A DNA stretch of 64,000 bases from an uncultured Acidobacteriota bacterium (GTDB lineage Bacteria; Acidobacteriota; Terriglobia; Terriglobales; Acidobacteriaceae), in NCBI GenBank assembly GCA_963742165.1, contig CAVUKX010000017.1, positions 110,698 through 174,697 on the forward strand. Direction: 5' to 3'. How positions within the stretch are numbered: the stretch's first letter is position 1; each line of letters starts with the position of its first letter. A model generated the notes under the pieces. The model was given only the letters and a program-made list of their open reading frames with translations. It was not told the DNA's origin and ran no database searches. Made by a program: the position numbers and the translations under genes. Shown here piece by piece: positions 1 through 10,898 of the stretch.

Positions 1-631
1 AGAAGCTGAACGCTGCGGCGTGTCCCATGGAGCCCGCCCTGCACCAGCGGCCCTGCTTCTTCGAGAAGTATTCGGCGCCGTGCGCCTGGCAGGCATCCTC
101 GATGACGACCAGGCCGTACTTCTCCGCCAGAGCGAGAATCGCGTCCATGTCGGCCATCTGCCCGTAAAGATGGACGGGAACCACGGCCGCCACCCGCTTG
201 CCGCTGCGCCGGCTGATCAGTTGGCCGGTGTCGGCGTCGAGGCTGCATTGGCTCTCCAGATACTCGCGCAGCCGGCTAGGGTCCATATTGTAGGTGCGCT
301 CGTCCACATCGACGAACTCCGGCACCGCTCCGGCCTGCGAGATCGCCTCGGTGGTCGCAATGAAGGTGTTGGGAACCGTCACCACAACGTCTCCCGGGCC
401 AATGCCGGCCGCGATCAGGGCGAAGCGCAGGGCGTCCGTGCCACTGCCCACGCCGACACAGTGTTTCGCGTCACAGAAGGCGGCGAAGGAGCGCTCGAAT
501 TCCTCGACCCGCGCCCCGCCGATGAAGGCCGTGGAGCGCAGCGCCTGCTGTACGACCTGAAGCAGCTCGGATTCCAGATCGCGGTGGCTGGCTTGCAAAT
601 CCAGAAACGGGACAGGCTCCGACTTTGTCAT
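1..631 (-). CDS. DegT/DnrJ/EryC1-family PLP sugar aminotransferase (WbpE-like), C-terminus beyond window edge
   Basis: Not in ORF track because it runs off the window. Minus-strand ATG at 631..629 reads MTKSEPVPFLDLQASHRDLESELLQVVQQALRSTAFIGGARVEEFERSFAAFCDAKHCVGVGSGTDALRFALIAAGIGPGDVVVTVPNTFIATTEAI, the N-terminal signature of this family. ORF 20..895(+) is its antisense shadow. Confidence 0.85.
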   Translation of the reverse strand, partial: MTKSEPVPFLDLQASHRDLESELLQVVQQALRSTAFIGGARVEEFERSFAAFCDAKHCVGVGSGTDALRFALIAAGIGPGDVVVTVPNTFIATTEAISQAGAVPEFVDVDERTYNMDPSRLREYLESQCSLDADTGQLISRRSGKRVAAVVPVHLYGQMADMDAILALAEKYGLVVIEDACQAHGAEYFSKKQGRWCRAGSMGHAAAFSF

Positions 632-748
632 GATCGCGTCCTTTGCTATCTCTTTGAATTTCACTGCGGAGGAGGGCCACCACTCCGAGCCATGACCGAA
701 TCGCCAGGATCGAAGTCCGGGAATATATTGCGCGACTACGCCGAACGC

Positions 749-1240
749 TTATGGTGCGCTTGCCGCCGCCAACATGCGCAGCACCCGGGCGGGATTGCCG
801 GCCACCACGCTGTTGGCCGGGACATCTTTGGTTACCACACTGCCGGCGCCAACGATGGCGTTTTCGCCGATGGTGATCTTGGAAAGAATGGTTGAGCCGG
901 AGCCGATCGAGGCGCCCGCCTTCACCACCGTCCGCTCCACGCTCCAGTCCTGCTCGGTCTGCAACTGGCCACCGGCGGCGGTCGCCCGGGGATAGGAGTC
1001 GTTGATGAAGGTGACGCTGTGGCCCACGAACACTCCATCTTCGATGGTGACGCCCTCGCAGATGAAGGTGTGGCTTGAAATCTTGCAGTTCTGCCCGACC
1101 GTGGCGTTCTTCTGAATCTCCACGAACGCGCCGATCTTGGTTCCGTCCCCGATCTGGCATCCGTAGAGGTTGATGAATTTCGAGAGCTGGACGTTCTTTC
1201 CCAGTTTCACATCCGGTGCGATGCAGACGAACTCACTCAT
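749..1240 (-). CDS. Hexapeptide-repeat (left-handed beta-helix) sugar N-acetyltransferase, WbpD-like
   Basis: 163-aa ORF with tandem hexapeptide turns (IGDGTKIGAFVEI, VGQNCKISSHTFI, IGENAIVGAGSVV, AGNPARV). Its start overlaps the stop of the upstream oxidoreductase by 4 nt. Confidence 0.8.
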   Translation of the reverse strand: MSEFVCIAPDVKLGKNVQLSKFINLYGCQIGDGTKIGAFVEIQKNATVGQNCKISSHTFICEGVTIEDGVFVGHSVTFINDSYPRATAAGGQLQTEQDWSVERTVVKAGASIGSGSTILSKITIGENAIVGAGSVVTKDVPANSVVAGNPARVLRMLAAASAP

Positions 1241-2376
1241 AGGCGAACCTCGGCTCCGCGGGTGCGCAGCGATTCATTGGCGGCTTCCAGCATCTTGACG
1301 ATGCGCCGTCCGGCGTGCCCGTCGTTGATGGGAGTCTTGTCCTCAAGAATGCACTCGTTGAAATACCCGAGTTCCATCTTGAGCGCTTCCGTGTTCTCAA
1401 TCTGCGGCATCCACACGTCGCCGGAGCGGTAGCTGACCAGCAGATCATAAACGCCCTCGCGGGTGCTGGTATGCACGCCCCGGTCATAGAGTTTGATCTT
1501 CTCGTCGGATTCCAGGTCGTTCCACATCACCATTTTCTTGCAGCCGCCCACCAGCGTGGTCCGCACCTTCACCGGCGAAAGCCAGTTCACGTTGACGTGC
1601 GCAATCAGCTTGTTGGAGTAGTACACGGTGATGAAGGCAACGTCCTCTACGCCGTTGATGTGCACCTGCCCGGTCGCGACCACCGCCTCGGGCTTGTTCG
1701 AGAGCAGGTAATCCATGATGGACAAATCATGCGGCGCAAGATCCCAGATCACGTTCACGTCGTGCTGAAACAGGCCGAGGTTCACCCGCGTGGTGTCGTA
1801 GTAATAAAGATCCCCGAGTTCTCCGGCATCGATCAGCTGCTTGATCTTGCGCACGGCGCCGGTGAACAGGAAGGTATGGTCCACCATGATCTTCAGGTTC
1901 TTGCGCTCGGCCAGCTCGATCAGCTCCTCGGCCTGCTCGGAGGTCGCCGTAAAGGGCTTTTCCACGAATACGTGCTTGCCATTTTCCAGGGCGGCCTTGG
2001 CCAGTTCGAAATGCGTCCAGACCGGCGTGACCACCGCCACAATGTCGACGTCGGGCGAGCGCAGGATCTGCAGCGGATCGGAGGTGACTTCGATCCCAGG
2101 GTGCGCTTTGGCCACCTTGGCGAGAGCTTCCGGACGCCGGTCGCACACCATCGAAACTCGCGAAAAGTCCTGCACGTCGAAGTTGCGAACAATGTTGGGG
2201 CCCCAATACCCATAGCCGATTACGCCGACCGACAACGCTTTCTTTTCGTCGGGCCGAAGGCGCGGGGTCACTAGGTTGTGGCACAGCAATGGCCCGGCTG
2301 TTTTACTGACGTCAACCGACGGCTGTGCAGCTCCAACTGGCAGCATCATGGAAGCCCAGGATCTTGACTTTGGCAT
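1237..2376 (-). CDS. Gfo/Idh/MocA NAD-dependent sugar oxidoreductase (WbpB-like)
   Basis: Track ORF 1237..2667 trimmed to ATG 2376, which has GGAGGAGAA immediately upstream. Rossmann motif VGVIGYGYWGPNIVRNF and EKPF motif. Sits next to the acetyltransferase and aminotransferase, as in 2,3-diacetamido-uronic-acid pathways. Confidence 0.85.
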   Translation of the reverse strand: MPKSRSWASMMLPVGAAQPSVDVSKTAGPLLCHNLVTPRLRPDEKKALSVGVIGYGYWGPNIVRNFDVQDFSRVSMVCDRRPEALAKVAKAHPGIEVTSDPLQILRSPDVDIVAVVTPVWTHFELAKAALENGKHVFVEKPFTATSEQAEELIELAERKNLKIMVDHTFLFTGAVRKIKQLIDAGELGDLYYYDTTRVNLGLFQHDVNVIWDLAPHDLSIMDYLLSNKPEAVVATGQVHINGVEDVAFITVYYSNKLIAHVNVNWLSPVKVRTTLVGGCKKMVMWNDLESDEKIKLYDRGVHTSTREGVYDLLVSYRSGDVWMPQIENTEALKMELGYFNECILEDKTPINDGHAGRRIVKMLEAANESLRTRGAEVRL

Positions 2377-2623
2377 TTCTCCTCCAATGGTATTTCGTTG
2401 CTGCAAGCCGGCACCGACGGGATGACAAGGCTTACATTTGTGAATGGAATGGTTGTTCAACGAAAGCTGATGTGAATTGCCCGGAGCGATCGTGCACCGC
2501 AATTGCGGGAGCGCTCGAATGAATCTTTGTCTGTTGCCGCCCACCCAACCCGATGAGGGAATTGCCCTCGGAACGGGCCGGCTGAGACCAGGACCACGGC
2601 CGGCAAGCGGCGCGCGGCGTGCG

Positions 2624-3622
2624 CTAGTGAACCATCGCCGCCCCGGTAGCGATCTGCACAAGTGCATCCACGGTCCGCTTCTCTGCCGACTTGGCGCCGC
2701 TATTGGGAATAAAGACGATGTCGTTTTCCTGCAGATTCACGTCGGGAGCCTTGGCCGAGAGCATTTTCTTAAGCGGGATATGTATTTCCTCCGGCTTTGT
2801 ACCCTGCCCGGAGTTGCGAATCACCTCGGCCTTATCAAGCGCCGCCGTGGGATTGGCACCCTGCGCCATGGCAACCGCCTGAAGGACGGTCATGTGCGCG
2901 TTCTCCATGACGAAACCGCCCGGCTTGCTCACCGCGCCGGTCACATACACAATCCCGGCTTTCGACACCATCACCGTGTCCCCCGGATACAACGGAACGT
3001 TGGACGAACCGGAACTCTTGCCGTTGTTGGACAAGATCACGGTGGACTGGCGTTCAGGATCGTTCCGGTGAGTGATCGAAACATTGCTTCCGGCTCGCGC
3101 CGTGACGCCGCCCGCAGCCGATATCGCGTCGAACAAGCTGCGGCTTCCAGGCAGAGGATAGATTCCCGGCTTCTGCACCTCGCCCAGCACGGAAATGCCC
3201 TGCGTGGTAAATTCCCTCTCCAGCACGGAAACCTTGGGGTCGCGGAAGTAGCCGCCTTCGCTGAGTTTGGCGGCGATGACGGCCTCGGCCTGCGCCGTCG
3301 TCATGCCGCCGATCTTCACCGTACCGGCCAGCGGAAGCGTGAGTTCGCCCTCCGCGCTTACCCGGGCTTGTTTGACGTAATCCGGCGCGCCGTAGACGCT
3401 CACTTCCAGCAGATCCCCGCTTCCAATCAGCATCTCGGTAGTCGGAGCCGGGATGGCTGCGGAGGGTGTGGGAGTGGTTGGAGTAATAGGAGTGACCGCC
3501 GAGTCCATTCGGCCCGGTGCAGACGGTACTTGCGATGAGACGGCTTGGGGCGCTGCCGATGCTCCCAGCAGGACCAGTATTGCGCCGATTCTCAAACCTT
3601 GCCTTGCCCAGTCCTTGATCAT
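2624..3622 (-). CDS. Polysaccharide export protein, Wza-like (Poly_export + SLBB)
   Basis: Trimmed to ATG 3622 (GGAG upstream), giving signal-like MIKDWARQGLRIGAILVLLGASAA. GDLLEVSVYGAPDY...GELTLPLAGTVKIGGMTTAQAEAVIAAKL and VSVLGEVQKPGIYPL match the export/SLBB pattern. Confidence 0.8.
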   Translation of the reverse strand: MIKDWARQGLRIGAILVLLGASAAPQAVSSQVPSAPGRMDSAVTPITPTTPTPSAAIPAPTTEMLIGSGDLLEVSVYGAPDYVKQARVSAEGELTLPLAGTVKIGGMTTAQAEAVIAAKLSEGGYFRDPKVSVLEREFTTQGISVLGEVQKPGIYPLPGSRSLFDAISAAGGVTARAGSNVSITHRNDPERQSTVILSNNGKSSGSSNVPLYPGDTVMVSKAGIVYVTGAVSKPGGFVMENAHMTVLQAVAMAQGANPTAALDKAEVIRNSGQGTKPEEIHIPLKKMLSAKAPDVNLQENDIVFIPNSGAKSAEKRTVDALVQIATGAAMVH

Positions 3623-3713
3623 TTCGAACTCCTTCCCCACCAGCCGGGCCACCCGACACTCCGGGAAACCGGTACGGCCTAGGCTGCTCTCCAGCGAATC
3701 GTGGCCGTTTGGA

Positions 3714-6005
3714 CTACCCAGCGCCGGCCGGATCATTGCCGTATCCGTACTTGTAATAGCCGTAGCCAGAGCCCGGAGTTTCTGCCGCATTCAAAACGTA
3801 TTCCAGTACCGGCGCCGAGCGAACCTCGCGCAACATCTCCACGGCACGTTTCATGTTCTCCCGGGTCGTCACGCCGGAGCGCCCGATCATCAGAATGCCA
3901 TCGGCCAGCGCGGCCAAAGAGCGGGCATCGGCCACCGGGAGAATCGGCGGCGAATCGATGACCACAAATTCGAATCTCTGCCGCAATTTCCCCACCAGCT
4001 CCGCCATCGCGTTGGAGGCAATCAGCATGCCCGGCTCGCCCTGCGGAGCGCCAGCCGGCAGCACCGTCAAAGTGGGGACCGACCCATGGGAAACAAACGC
4101 CTCGTCCAGATCCAGGCCTCCGGTCAGCACATCTCCAAGGCCGCGTGCGCCGTTCACTCCCAGCGAGGACGCAACTCCGCGCTTGCGAAGGTCTGCGTCC
4201 ACTATGCAGGTGGACCCGTGCTGCGCCAGGGCCAGTGCCAGGTTGATCGAAAGCATGGTCTTGCCCTCGCCCGGCAGCGCCGAGGCAATCATCAGCACCC
4301 GCGCCGCACCGCCGCTGTTCCGCCAGGAGAGGCGCACCGCCGTATAGATTCCTCGCAGCGCCTCCGACTCGGGAGAGTTCGGCCGGTCCAGCAGGAAGGC
4401 TGCCGAACCTTCCTGCGCCATGCCAGGCAGCGATCGCATGCCGGACGGGCCCAGCCCATACCGTGAGCCACCCTTCCCAATGACGGGAATAACCGAAACC
4501 GATTCCGCTCCCAGATACTTCTTGATATCTTCCGGGGTGCGGATTTTGGTGTCCAGGAATTCAAGCAGGAGCGCCAAAGCGAGGCCGCCCACCAGCCCTG
4601 CCCCCGCACCTCTCAGCACGTTCTCCGTACGCTTCGGCTTGGTCGGGCGGTTGAGCACGCGCGCCCGATCCACGACTCGAATGCTGGTGGACTTGGTTTC
4701 GGCCGCAATCGCGACTTCTTTGATTCTCTGATACAGCACCGCGTAGATCTGGGCGTTGGCGTCGGCTTCTTTCTTCAGGGCGTTATACTGCGCCAGCACA
4801 CCCATCTGCTTGGTGGCGCCGTCCATCTGCGTTTGCAGCAAATTTTCGCGCGCCTTGGAGGCCGAGTAACTGGTCTTCAAGTTGCTGAAAATCGCCGATC
4901 GTTGCGCGTCCAGTTGCGCCTGAAACTCGTTGATCTCATTCTGCAGCTTCTTCACGTTCGGATGGTTGTCGCCGTAAACCGCCTGCGTTTGCGCAAGTTC
5001 CGCCTTGGTATCCGCCAGCTTGGTCGTCAAGCCCTGCACCACCGGGTCGCTGCTGATCTGGGGGAGCGACGTGGGCTGGGCAGGCGCGCTCGGCGAAGAG
5101 TCCAGCTTGTCCAGATAGGCCTGCAGCTGAATGCGGTCCGACTGTGCCTGCATCAGCTGATTGCTCAATGCGATCACGCGCTCGGAGAAGGTGTTCTCGT
5201 TGTCGCCGATCGCGCCAAATCCCTTGGAATTTTCAAATGCGGCAAGGGCATGATTGGAGTCGTCCATGCGTTTCTTGATGTCGTCCAATTGCTTCTGCCA
5301 CTGCGCGATCGCGTCTTCCCGAGCCTTGAAATCCCGCTCAATGAACAGGTCCACGAGCGAGTTGGTGAGTTGCGCCGCCTGCATCGCGTTATTGGCGGCA
5401 ACGCTGACCGTGATCAGGCGGCTTCCCGGATCGTGCGTCACTGTCCTGACCTTTTTGAAGGCGGTCAGGGCGCGATCTTCCCGCGGCGTCAATTCGACCG
5501 CGCCATCACCGGACTGAGCCGGCGAGGTCGCATCCCCCTGCGCCACCCCGCCGAACTCAGGCCTCTGATCGAGGTGCAGCGAGTGAATCACATCCAGAGC
5601 CAGTCCGTCACTTTGCAAGTTCTGCGACTGGGCTTCCACAAAATCCCCACCCGGACCATTTTCGTGGTTATCCACCGAAACAACTTCCGACCCTGGCGCG
5701 TCCACTTCTATGTGTGCTTCCGGTTCATACACCGGCTTCATCAGGAGCGTGAAGATGGTCACACCGGCAATGATGACAGTGGCAAAAAGCAGAGCCCAGG
5801 GCCAGCGTCTCCGCAGAGCGGCGATCGGGTTGAAACCCGAGAAGCCTTGCTCTTCGGAATCGGCCGATTCCGTCTGCGCGTAAGGAACGGGCCTCGCCAA
5901 CTCGGCCGGAATCACCGCTGCCGGCGGCGGCAACCTCACCGGTTCCGGTTCCGGTTCTGGTTCCGGGACCGAGGCGCGTTGCCAGAGTTCAAAGTTCCTG
6001 CTCAT
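3714..6005 (-). CDS. Chain-length determinant fused to BY-type tyrosine autokinase (Wzc/GumC-like)
   Basis: 763 aa. Two TM segments flank a long coiled-coil region. C-terminal P-loop domain (ALPGEGKTMLSINLA, VVIDSPP) and Tyr-rich tail YGYYKYGYG. Confidence 0.85.
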   Translation of the reverse strand: MSRNFELWQRASVPEPEPEPEPVRLPPPAAVIPAELARPVPYAQTESADSEEQGFSGFNPIAALRRRWPWALLFATVIIAGVTIFTLLMKPVYEPEAHIEVDAPGSEVVSVDNHENGPGGDFVEAQSQNLQSDGLALDVIHSLHLDQRPEFGGVAQGDATSPAQSGDGAVELTPREDRALTAFKKVRTVTHDPGSRLITVSVAANNAMQAAQLTNSLVDLFIERDFKAREDAIAQWQKQLDDIKKRMDDSNHALAAFENSKGFGAIGDNENTFSERVIALSNQLMQAQSDRIQLQAYLDKLDSSPSAPAQPTSLPQISSDPVVQGLTTKLADTKAELAQTQAVYGDNHPNVKKLQNEINEFQAQLDAQRSAIFSNLKTSYSASKARENLLQTQMDGATKQMGVLAQYNALKKEADANAQIYAVLYQRIKEVAIAAETKSTSIRVVDRARVLNRPTKPKRTENVLRGAGAGLVGGLALALLLEFLDTKIRTPEDIKKYLGAESVSVIPVIGKGGSRYGLGPSGMRSLPGMAQEGSAAFLLDRPNSPESEALRGIYTAVRLSWRNSGGAARVLMIASALPGEGKTMLSINLALALAQHGSTCIVDADLRKRGVASSLGVNGARGLGDVLTGGLDLDEAFVSHGSVPTLTVLPAGAPQGEPGMLIASNAMAELVGKLRQRFEFVVIDSPPILPVADARSLAALADGILMIGRSGVTTRENMKRAVEMLREVRSAPVLEYVLNAAETPGSGYGYYKYGYGNDPAGAG

Positions 6006-6053
6006 TGCTGCTCCGTGATCTTCGTATTCGCCCCGCTCGAAGGCGGGCGCCCA

Positions 6054-7442
6054 CTACGTAGCGGTCTTCTTATTACTGTCTTCTGGTTGCTGCTGCGCTC
6101 CGCCGCCAGGCGCGGGGGCTTCCCCGGACCGGGGCATCCGGCTCCCGGACTGCTCGCTGCCCTCTAAGGTTTCTGGCTCCACTCCGGCTGGGCTCGGCAC
6201 ACATCCCATGGCAAACATGTACGGATAGAGAGTCTGACTGTCGGCTGACGCTTGGCTCTCCTTGTACCGGAGCCCAAGCAACCGAAGCTCCGCAGCCCGC
6301 TGGCGCCGCGCCGCGGCTCCGAGTAAGACCCTCCGCAACTCGCTCTCCGGACTTGGAAGAAGCGAATTGCCGACCTCCAGCACGGGCTTCCCGGACAAAG
6401 GCTCCACCGGGCGGCTGGAAACCTTCGCCTCAACGGCAGCCGCCTCCACTGCAGCCACTTGCGGCACCGCCGCGGGAGGAGGCACAGGCAAAGGCGCCGG
6501 GCGTGGTGCGCTCTGCGCGCCTACCCGAAAGCCCACCGAGTTGCTGGGAGCCTTCGGCACCTCGAATTCAACCACCGGCAGCTCCGTCTCCGGAATCCAT
6601 TTTGCCAGCGTCAGGTCCGCCATCACTTCCTCGATGACATCCAGGCCGATCGGCCTCTGGCGCAAGGCAAACCCCAGTTGCATGGCGTTGATGCAAATCC
6701 GGTTGATTTCGCGCGGCACGCCCCCGCTGGCGGCCTTGACCTTCGCCGTGGCCTGCTCGGAAAACAGCGCGGAACCGGTGAACCCGGCAACCCGCAGGCG
6801 AAATGCGATGCACTCTTCCATCTGCGTCGGCGAGAAGCGCTCCAGGCGGCTGACCGTGGTGATGCGCTGCAGCAGCTGGGTAAGGCTGGGATCCCGAAGT
6901 TTGCTGGCAAGCTGCGGCTGTCCGGCAAGAATGATGTGCAGCAGCTTGCGGTTGGCCGCTTCAAAATTCGAAAGCAGGCGTAGCGTTTCCAGCGCGGAGT
7001 TCTCCAGATTCTGCGCCTCGTCGATGATGATAATCACCGGCTTGGTGCGCAGGCGGTCGGCCACAAACTCGGTAAAAAGCTGGTGCAGACGGAGCGGGTC
7101 GCGCTCGGCATCGGCGCCGGGAACCTGCAACTCCAGCACCACCTGGCGAAGCAGCTCCGGCCCGCTGCATTGCGTGTTGAAGATGAAGGCCGTGCTGGCG
7201 CGATCCTGGTAACGCTGCAGGATGTCGAACAGCAGGGTAGTCTTGCCCGCACCGGGCTCGGCAATCAAAGCCGCAAACCCAACCTGGCTCTCGATCCCGA
7301 AGATCAGCGAGGCCATGGCTTCGCGGTGCTGAAAGCTGGGATAAAGAAAGCGCGGGTCGGGCGACACCCCAAAGGGATGTTCCCGCAGGCCGTAAAACTC
7401 CAACATCTGAGAAACCACCGCGTTACCCGGAGCGCTTGACAT
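6054..7442 (-). CDS. ExeA/GspA-type AAA ATPase of EPS (PEP-CTERM-type) loci
   Basis: Walker A AEPGAGKTTLL and Walker B IIIIDEAQNL. N-terminal LEFYGLREHPF motif typical of ExeA-like ATPases. Long Pro/Ala-rich C-terminal tail. Confidence 0.7.
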   Translation of the reverse strand: MSSAPGNAVVSQMLEFYGLREHPFGVSPDPRFLYPSFQHREAMASLIFGIESQVGFAALIAEPGAGKTTLLFDILQRYQDRASTAFIFNTQCSGPELLRQVVLELQVPGADAERDPLRLHQLFTEFVADRLRTKPVIIIIDEAQNLENSALETLRLLSNFEAANRKLLHIILAGQPQLASKLRDPSLTQLLQRITTVSRLERFSPTQMEECIAFRLRVAGFTGSALFSEQATAKVKAASGGVPREINRICINAMQLGFALRQRPIGLDVIEEVMADLTLAKWIPETELPVVEFEVPKAPSNSVGFRVGAQSAPRPAPLPVPPPAAVPQVAAVEAAAVEAKVSSRPVEPLSGKPVLEVGNSLLPSPESELRRVLLGAAARRQRAAELRLLGLRYKESQASADSQTLYPYMFAMGCVPSPAGVEPETLEGSEQSGSRMPRSGEAPAPGGGAQQQPEDSNKKTAT

Positions 7443-7988
7443 CTATGCTATCTGCTTCGACGGAGACACTACGTCGCTCTCAAGATCGCTCGCTTCCAGT
7501 TCAACTGCAAACGCCTTCATGATGCTGTCAATGGAGACTACCATCCTCAACCGGCGCGTCTGCTTCACAATGACGCCCTCCAGGCCGCGCAAGGGACCCA
7601 CCTTGATGCGTACTTTCTTGCCACGGGCAAGCAAGGGATGCGGCTCCGATTTCCGGGTCTCCAGGGCGGCGCGCAGCGCCTCGACCTCTCCCACCGGCAA
7701 CGGAGTCAGCCTACCCTGCGAGCTCACGATGCTCAGCACACCTGGCACTTCCAGAACTTTGGCGCGGTGTTCGGGTGCGATACAGACAAACAGATAGCCG
7801 GGAAACAATGGCAACTGCACGATGGCACGCCGGCCATTCCATAGCCGGGTGCTGCCGTAGAGCGGAAGATAGCTCTCCACATTCCGGCTTACCAGATGTT
7901 GCAAGACAGTCTTCTCGTGCCGGGGCGCGGTGTAGGTCGCGTACCATCGGACGGGAGCTTGCAACATCACTGGTTCGGCGCTGGCCAT
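7443..7988 (-). CDS. NusG-paralogue transcription antiterminator (RfaH/UpxY-like), first gene of the EPS operon
   Basis: NGN-like N-terminus (WYATYTAPRHEKTV...LFPGYLFV) and KOW motif (GKKVRIKVGPLRGLEGVIV). Its stop abuts the start of the ATPase gene. Confidence 0.75.
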   Translation of the reverse strand: MASAEPVMLQAPVRWYATYTAPRHEKTVLQHLVSRNVESYLPLYGSTRLWNGRRAIVQLPLFPGYLFVCIAPEHRAKVLEVPGVLSIVSSQGRLTPLPVGEVEALRAALETRKSEPHPLLARGKKVRIKVGPLRGLEGVIVKQTRRLRMVVSIDSIMKAFAVELEASDLESDVVSPSKQIA

Positions 7989-8524
7989 GTACTCTCCTTG
8001 GAAACGTAGCTCCGCCCTCTCAACGACATTTGAAAAATGGCTAAGCTGTTGAATCTACAAATTTTACTGCGTTTCTTGCGACTTTGACCGGGCCCGCATC
8101 CTACAGCTGAATTCTCGAATCAAAAAACTTTTCGATGCACTCGCCTGCGAACGCCGAGCTAACCGTTGCTTAGTTAGGTCAGATGCGAATGTTGCACTCT
8201 GGGTTGGATATCCTCAAGATTAGAGTTACGGACCAAACCGGGAACGGGCTCCCGAAGGCCCTCCGCTCCGTCTGGCCGAAACGTTTGCAACCATTTGAGC
8301 CAACGACAGTTAAGCACTCATTTCCGGGTGGATTTGAGAGTGGCTGGTGGAAGGAAAAAGAGCTCTCTTCTCCGGCGCCATTTCCGCGTGAAGTACTAAG
8401 GTTCCTAGCCGAGTCGCTGCGCGTTTTGAGATGCAGAAACACAGCCCCGTGCTGCTTCATTCCAGAACCAGACTGGCACGATAGCATCGCGGGGTACTAA
8501 TTCGGGAATGGCAACGGGAGATGG

Positions 8525-9646
8525 TTATTCGAGCGGGCGCGCGAGAGTCTCCGCATGCCCGCTTGCGGCACGAACTGCGGTCACTACTTTTTGCTGATCC
8601 TCTGCGCTGAGGTAGGGATGCATGGGCAGGCTTACCACATGATCGGCGGCGGCTTCGGATAACGGGAAGCTACCGCGTCCGCAGCCGGGTTTGGCAAAGG
8701 CCGGCTGCAGATGCAAAGGGACGGGATAGTGAACCGCGGTGGGAATGCCGTCGGCCTGCAGTCGCTTCACGAAGTTCTCCCGGTCTTCCACCTGAATGGT
8801 GTACTGCGCGTAAACGCTGGTGTTGTGCGGTTCCACGTAGGGCGTCCGCACCAGGTCGCGCAACTGTTCGCTATAGTTGGCGCCGAGTTCCGCGCGCAGC
8901 CTCACTTCTTCATCGAAGGCATCGAGTTTGGCCAGTAAAATCGCGGCCTGCAGCGTATCGAGGCGTCCGTTGATGCCGACCAGCGGATGATGGTAGCGGC
9001 GGTCCTGGCCGTGCACGCGGATTTGCCGCATGCGGGTCGCCAGCGCTTCGTCGTTGCTGAAGCAGGCGCCGCCATCGCCATAGGCACCCAAGGGTTTCGA
9101 GGGAAAAAAGCTGGTGCAGCCGATGGTCGAGAGGTTGCAGGACTGGCGTCCCTTGTAGGTGGCGCCGAAGCTCTGCGCGGCGTCTTCGATCACCGCGATG
9201 CCGCGCGCGGCGGCCGTGGCGTTGATGGCATCCATCTCCGCGCACTGGCCGTAAAGCGACACCGCCATGATGGCCTTGGTGCGCGGCGTGATGGCCGCCG
9301 CGAGCAGCGCGGGATCGAGATTGTAGGTGCGCGGGTCAATATCCACGAAGACCGGCGTGGCTCCCAGCAAGGCAATGGTTTCCACGGTGGCGACAAAGGT
9401 GAACGGCGTAGTGACCACCTCGTCGCCTGCGCCCACACCCAGCGCCATCAGCGCGATCAGCAGCGCATCCGTGCCGCTGGAGCAGGCCACGCAGTGTTGG
9501 CTGCCGGTGCGCGCCGCCAGCCTCTCTTCCAGCTCCGTTACCTCCGGCCCCAGGATGAACTGGCCATGGGCAAGCACGGCGCGCATGCGCCGGTCGATCT
9601 CCGCTTGCAGCTTTGCGTACTGCGCCTTCAGGTCGATGAATTCCAC
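8525..9646 (-). CDS. DegT/DnrJ/EryC1-family PLP aminotransferase
   Basis: 373 aa: MEFIDLKAQYAKLQAEIDRRM...GPEVTELEERLAARTGSQHCVACSSGTDALLIALMALGVGAGDEVVTTPFTFVATVE. Full-length family signature. Confidence 0.85.
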   Translation of the reverse strand: MEFIDLKAQYAKLQAEIDRRMRAVLAHGQFILGPEVTELEERLAARTGSQHCVACSSGTDALLIALMALGVGAGDEVVTTPFTFVATVETIALLGATPVFVDIDPRTYNLDPALLAAAITPRTKAIMAVSLYGQCAEMDAINATAAARGIAVIEDAAQSFGATYKGRQSCNLSTIGCTSFFPSKPLGAYGDGGACFSNDEALATRMRQIRVHGQDRRYHHPLVGINGRLDTLQAAILLAKLDAFDEEVRLRAELGANYSEQLRDLVRTPYVEPHNTSVYAQYTIQVEDRENFVKRLQADGIPTAVHYPVPLHLQPAFAKPGCGRGSFPLSEAAADHVVSLPMHPYLSAEDQQKVVTAVRAASGHAETLARPLE

Positions 9647-9673
9647 GCCAGCTCACGCTTTCTTGGTACGTTC

Positions 9674-10732
<1,059 letters not shown>

Positions 10733-10898
10733 TTGTCGATACGCGCATCGCGCCGCGAAAGCTTCCCGCGCCCACAGCGATGCTCACCTTCCTCCGGTCG
10801 CCCGGTAATCTCTCACTCCACAGGATAGAACGAGCCTAAAGCGGATTGCGCTGCGCTGCAAGTTCTGCGTGCGCAAATTGCACCATGCATGAGGAAAC

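Noticed and set aside
8286-8303. Sigma-54-like promoter on the minus strand (TTGGCTCAAATGGTTGCA) in the EPS leader
   Set aside because: The GG-to-GC spacing is 11 nt rather than the strictly conserved 10, and the -24 box is TGGCTC. It is recorded only as a weak candidate.
8474-8489. Sigma-54-like TGGCACG motif on the plus strand
   Set aside because: The -12 element is missing (CATC where TTGC is expected). It also points into the 3' end of a convergent gene.
8179-8500. Overlapping 102-aa and 105-aa ORFs in the EPS leader
   Set aside because: They overlap each other on opposite strands, have no RBS and no motifs, and lie in a region better explained as an untranslated leader.
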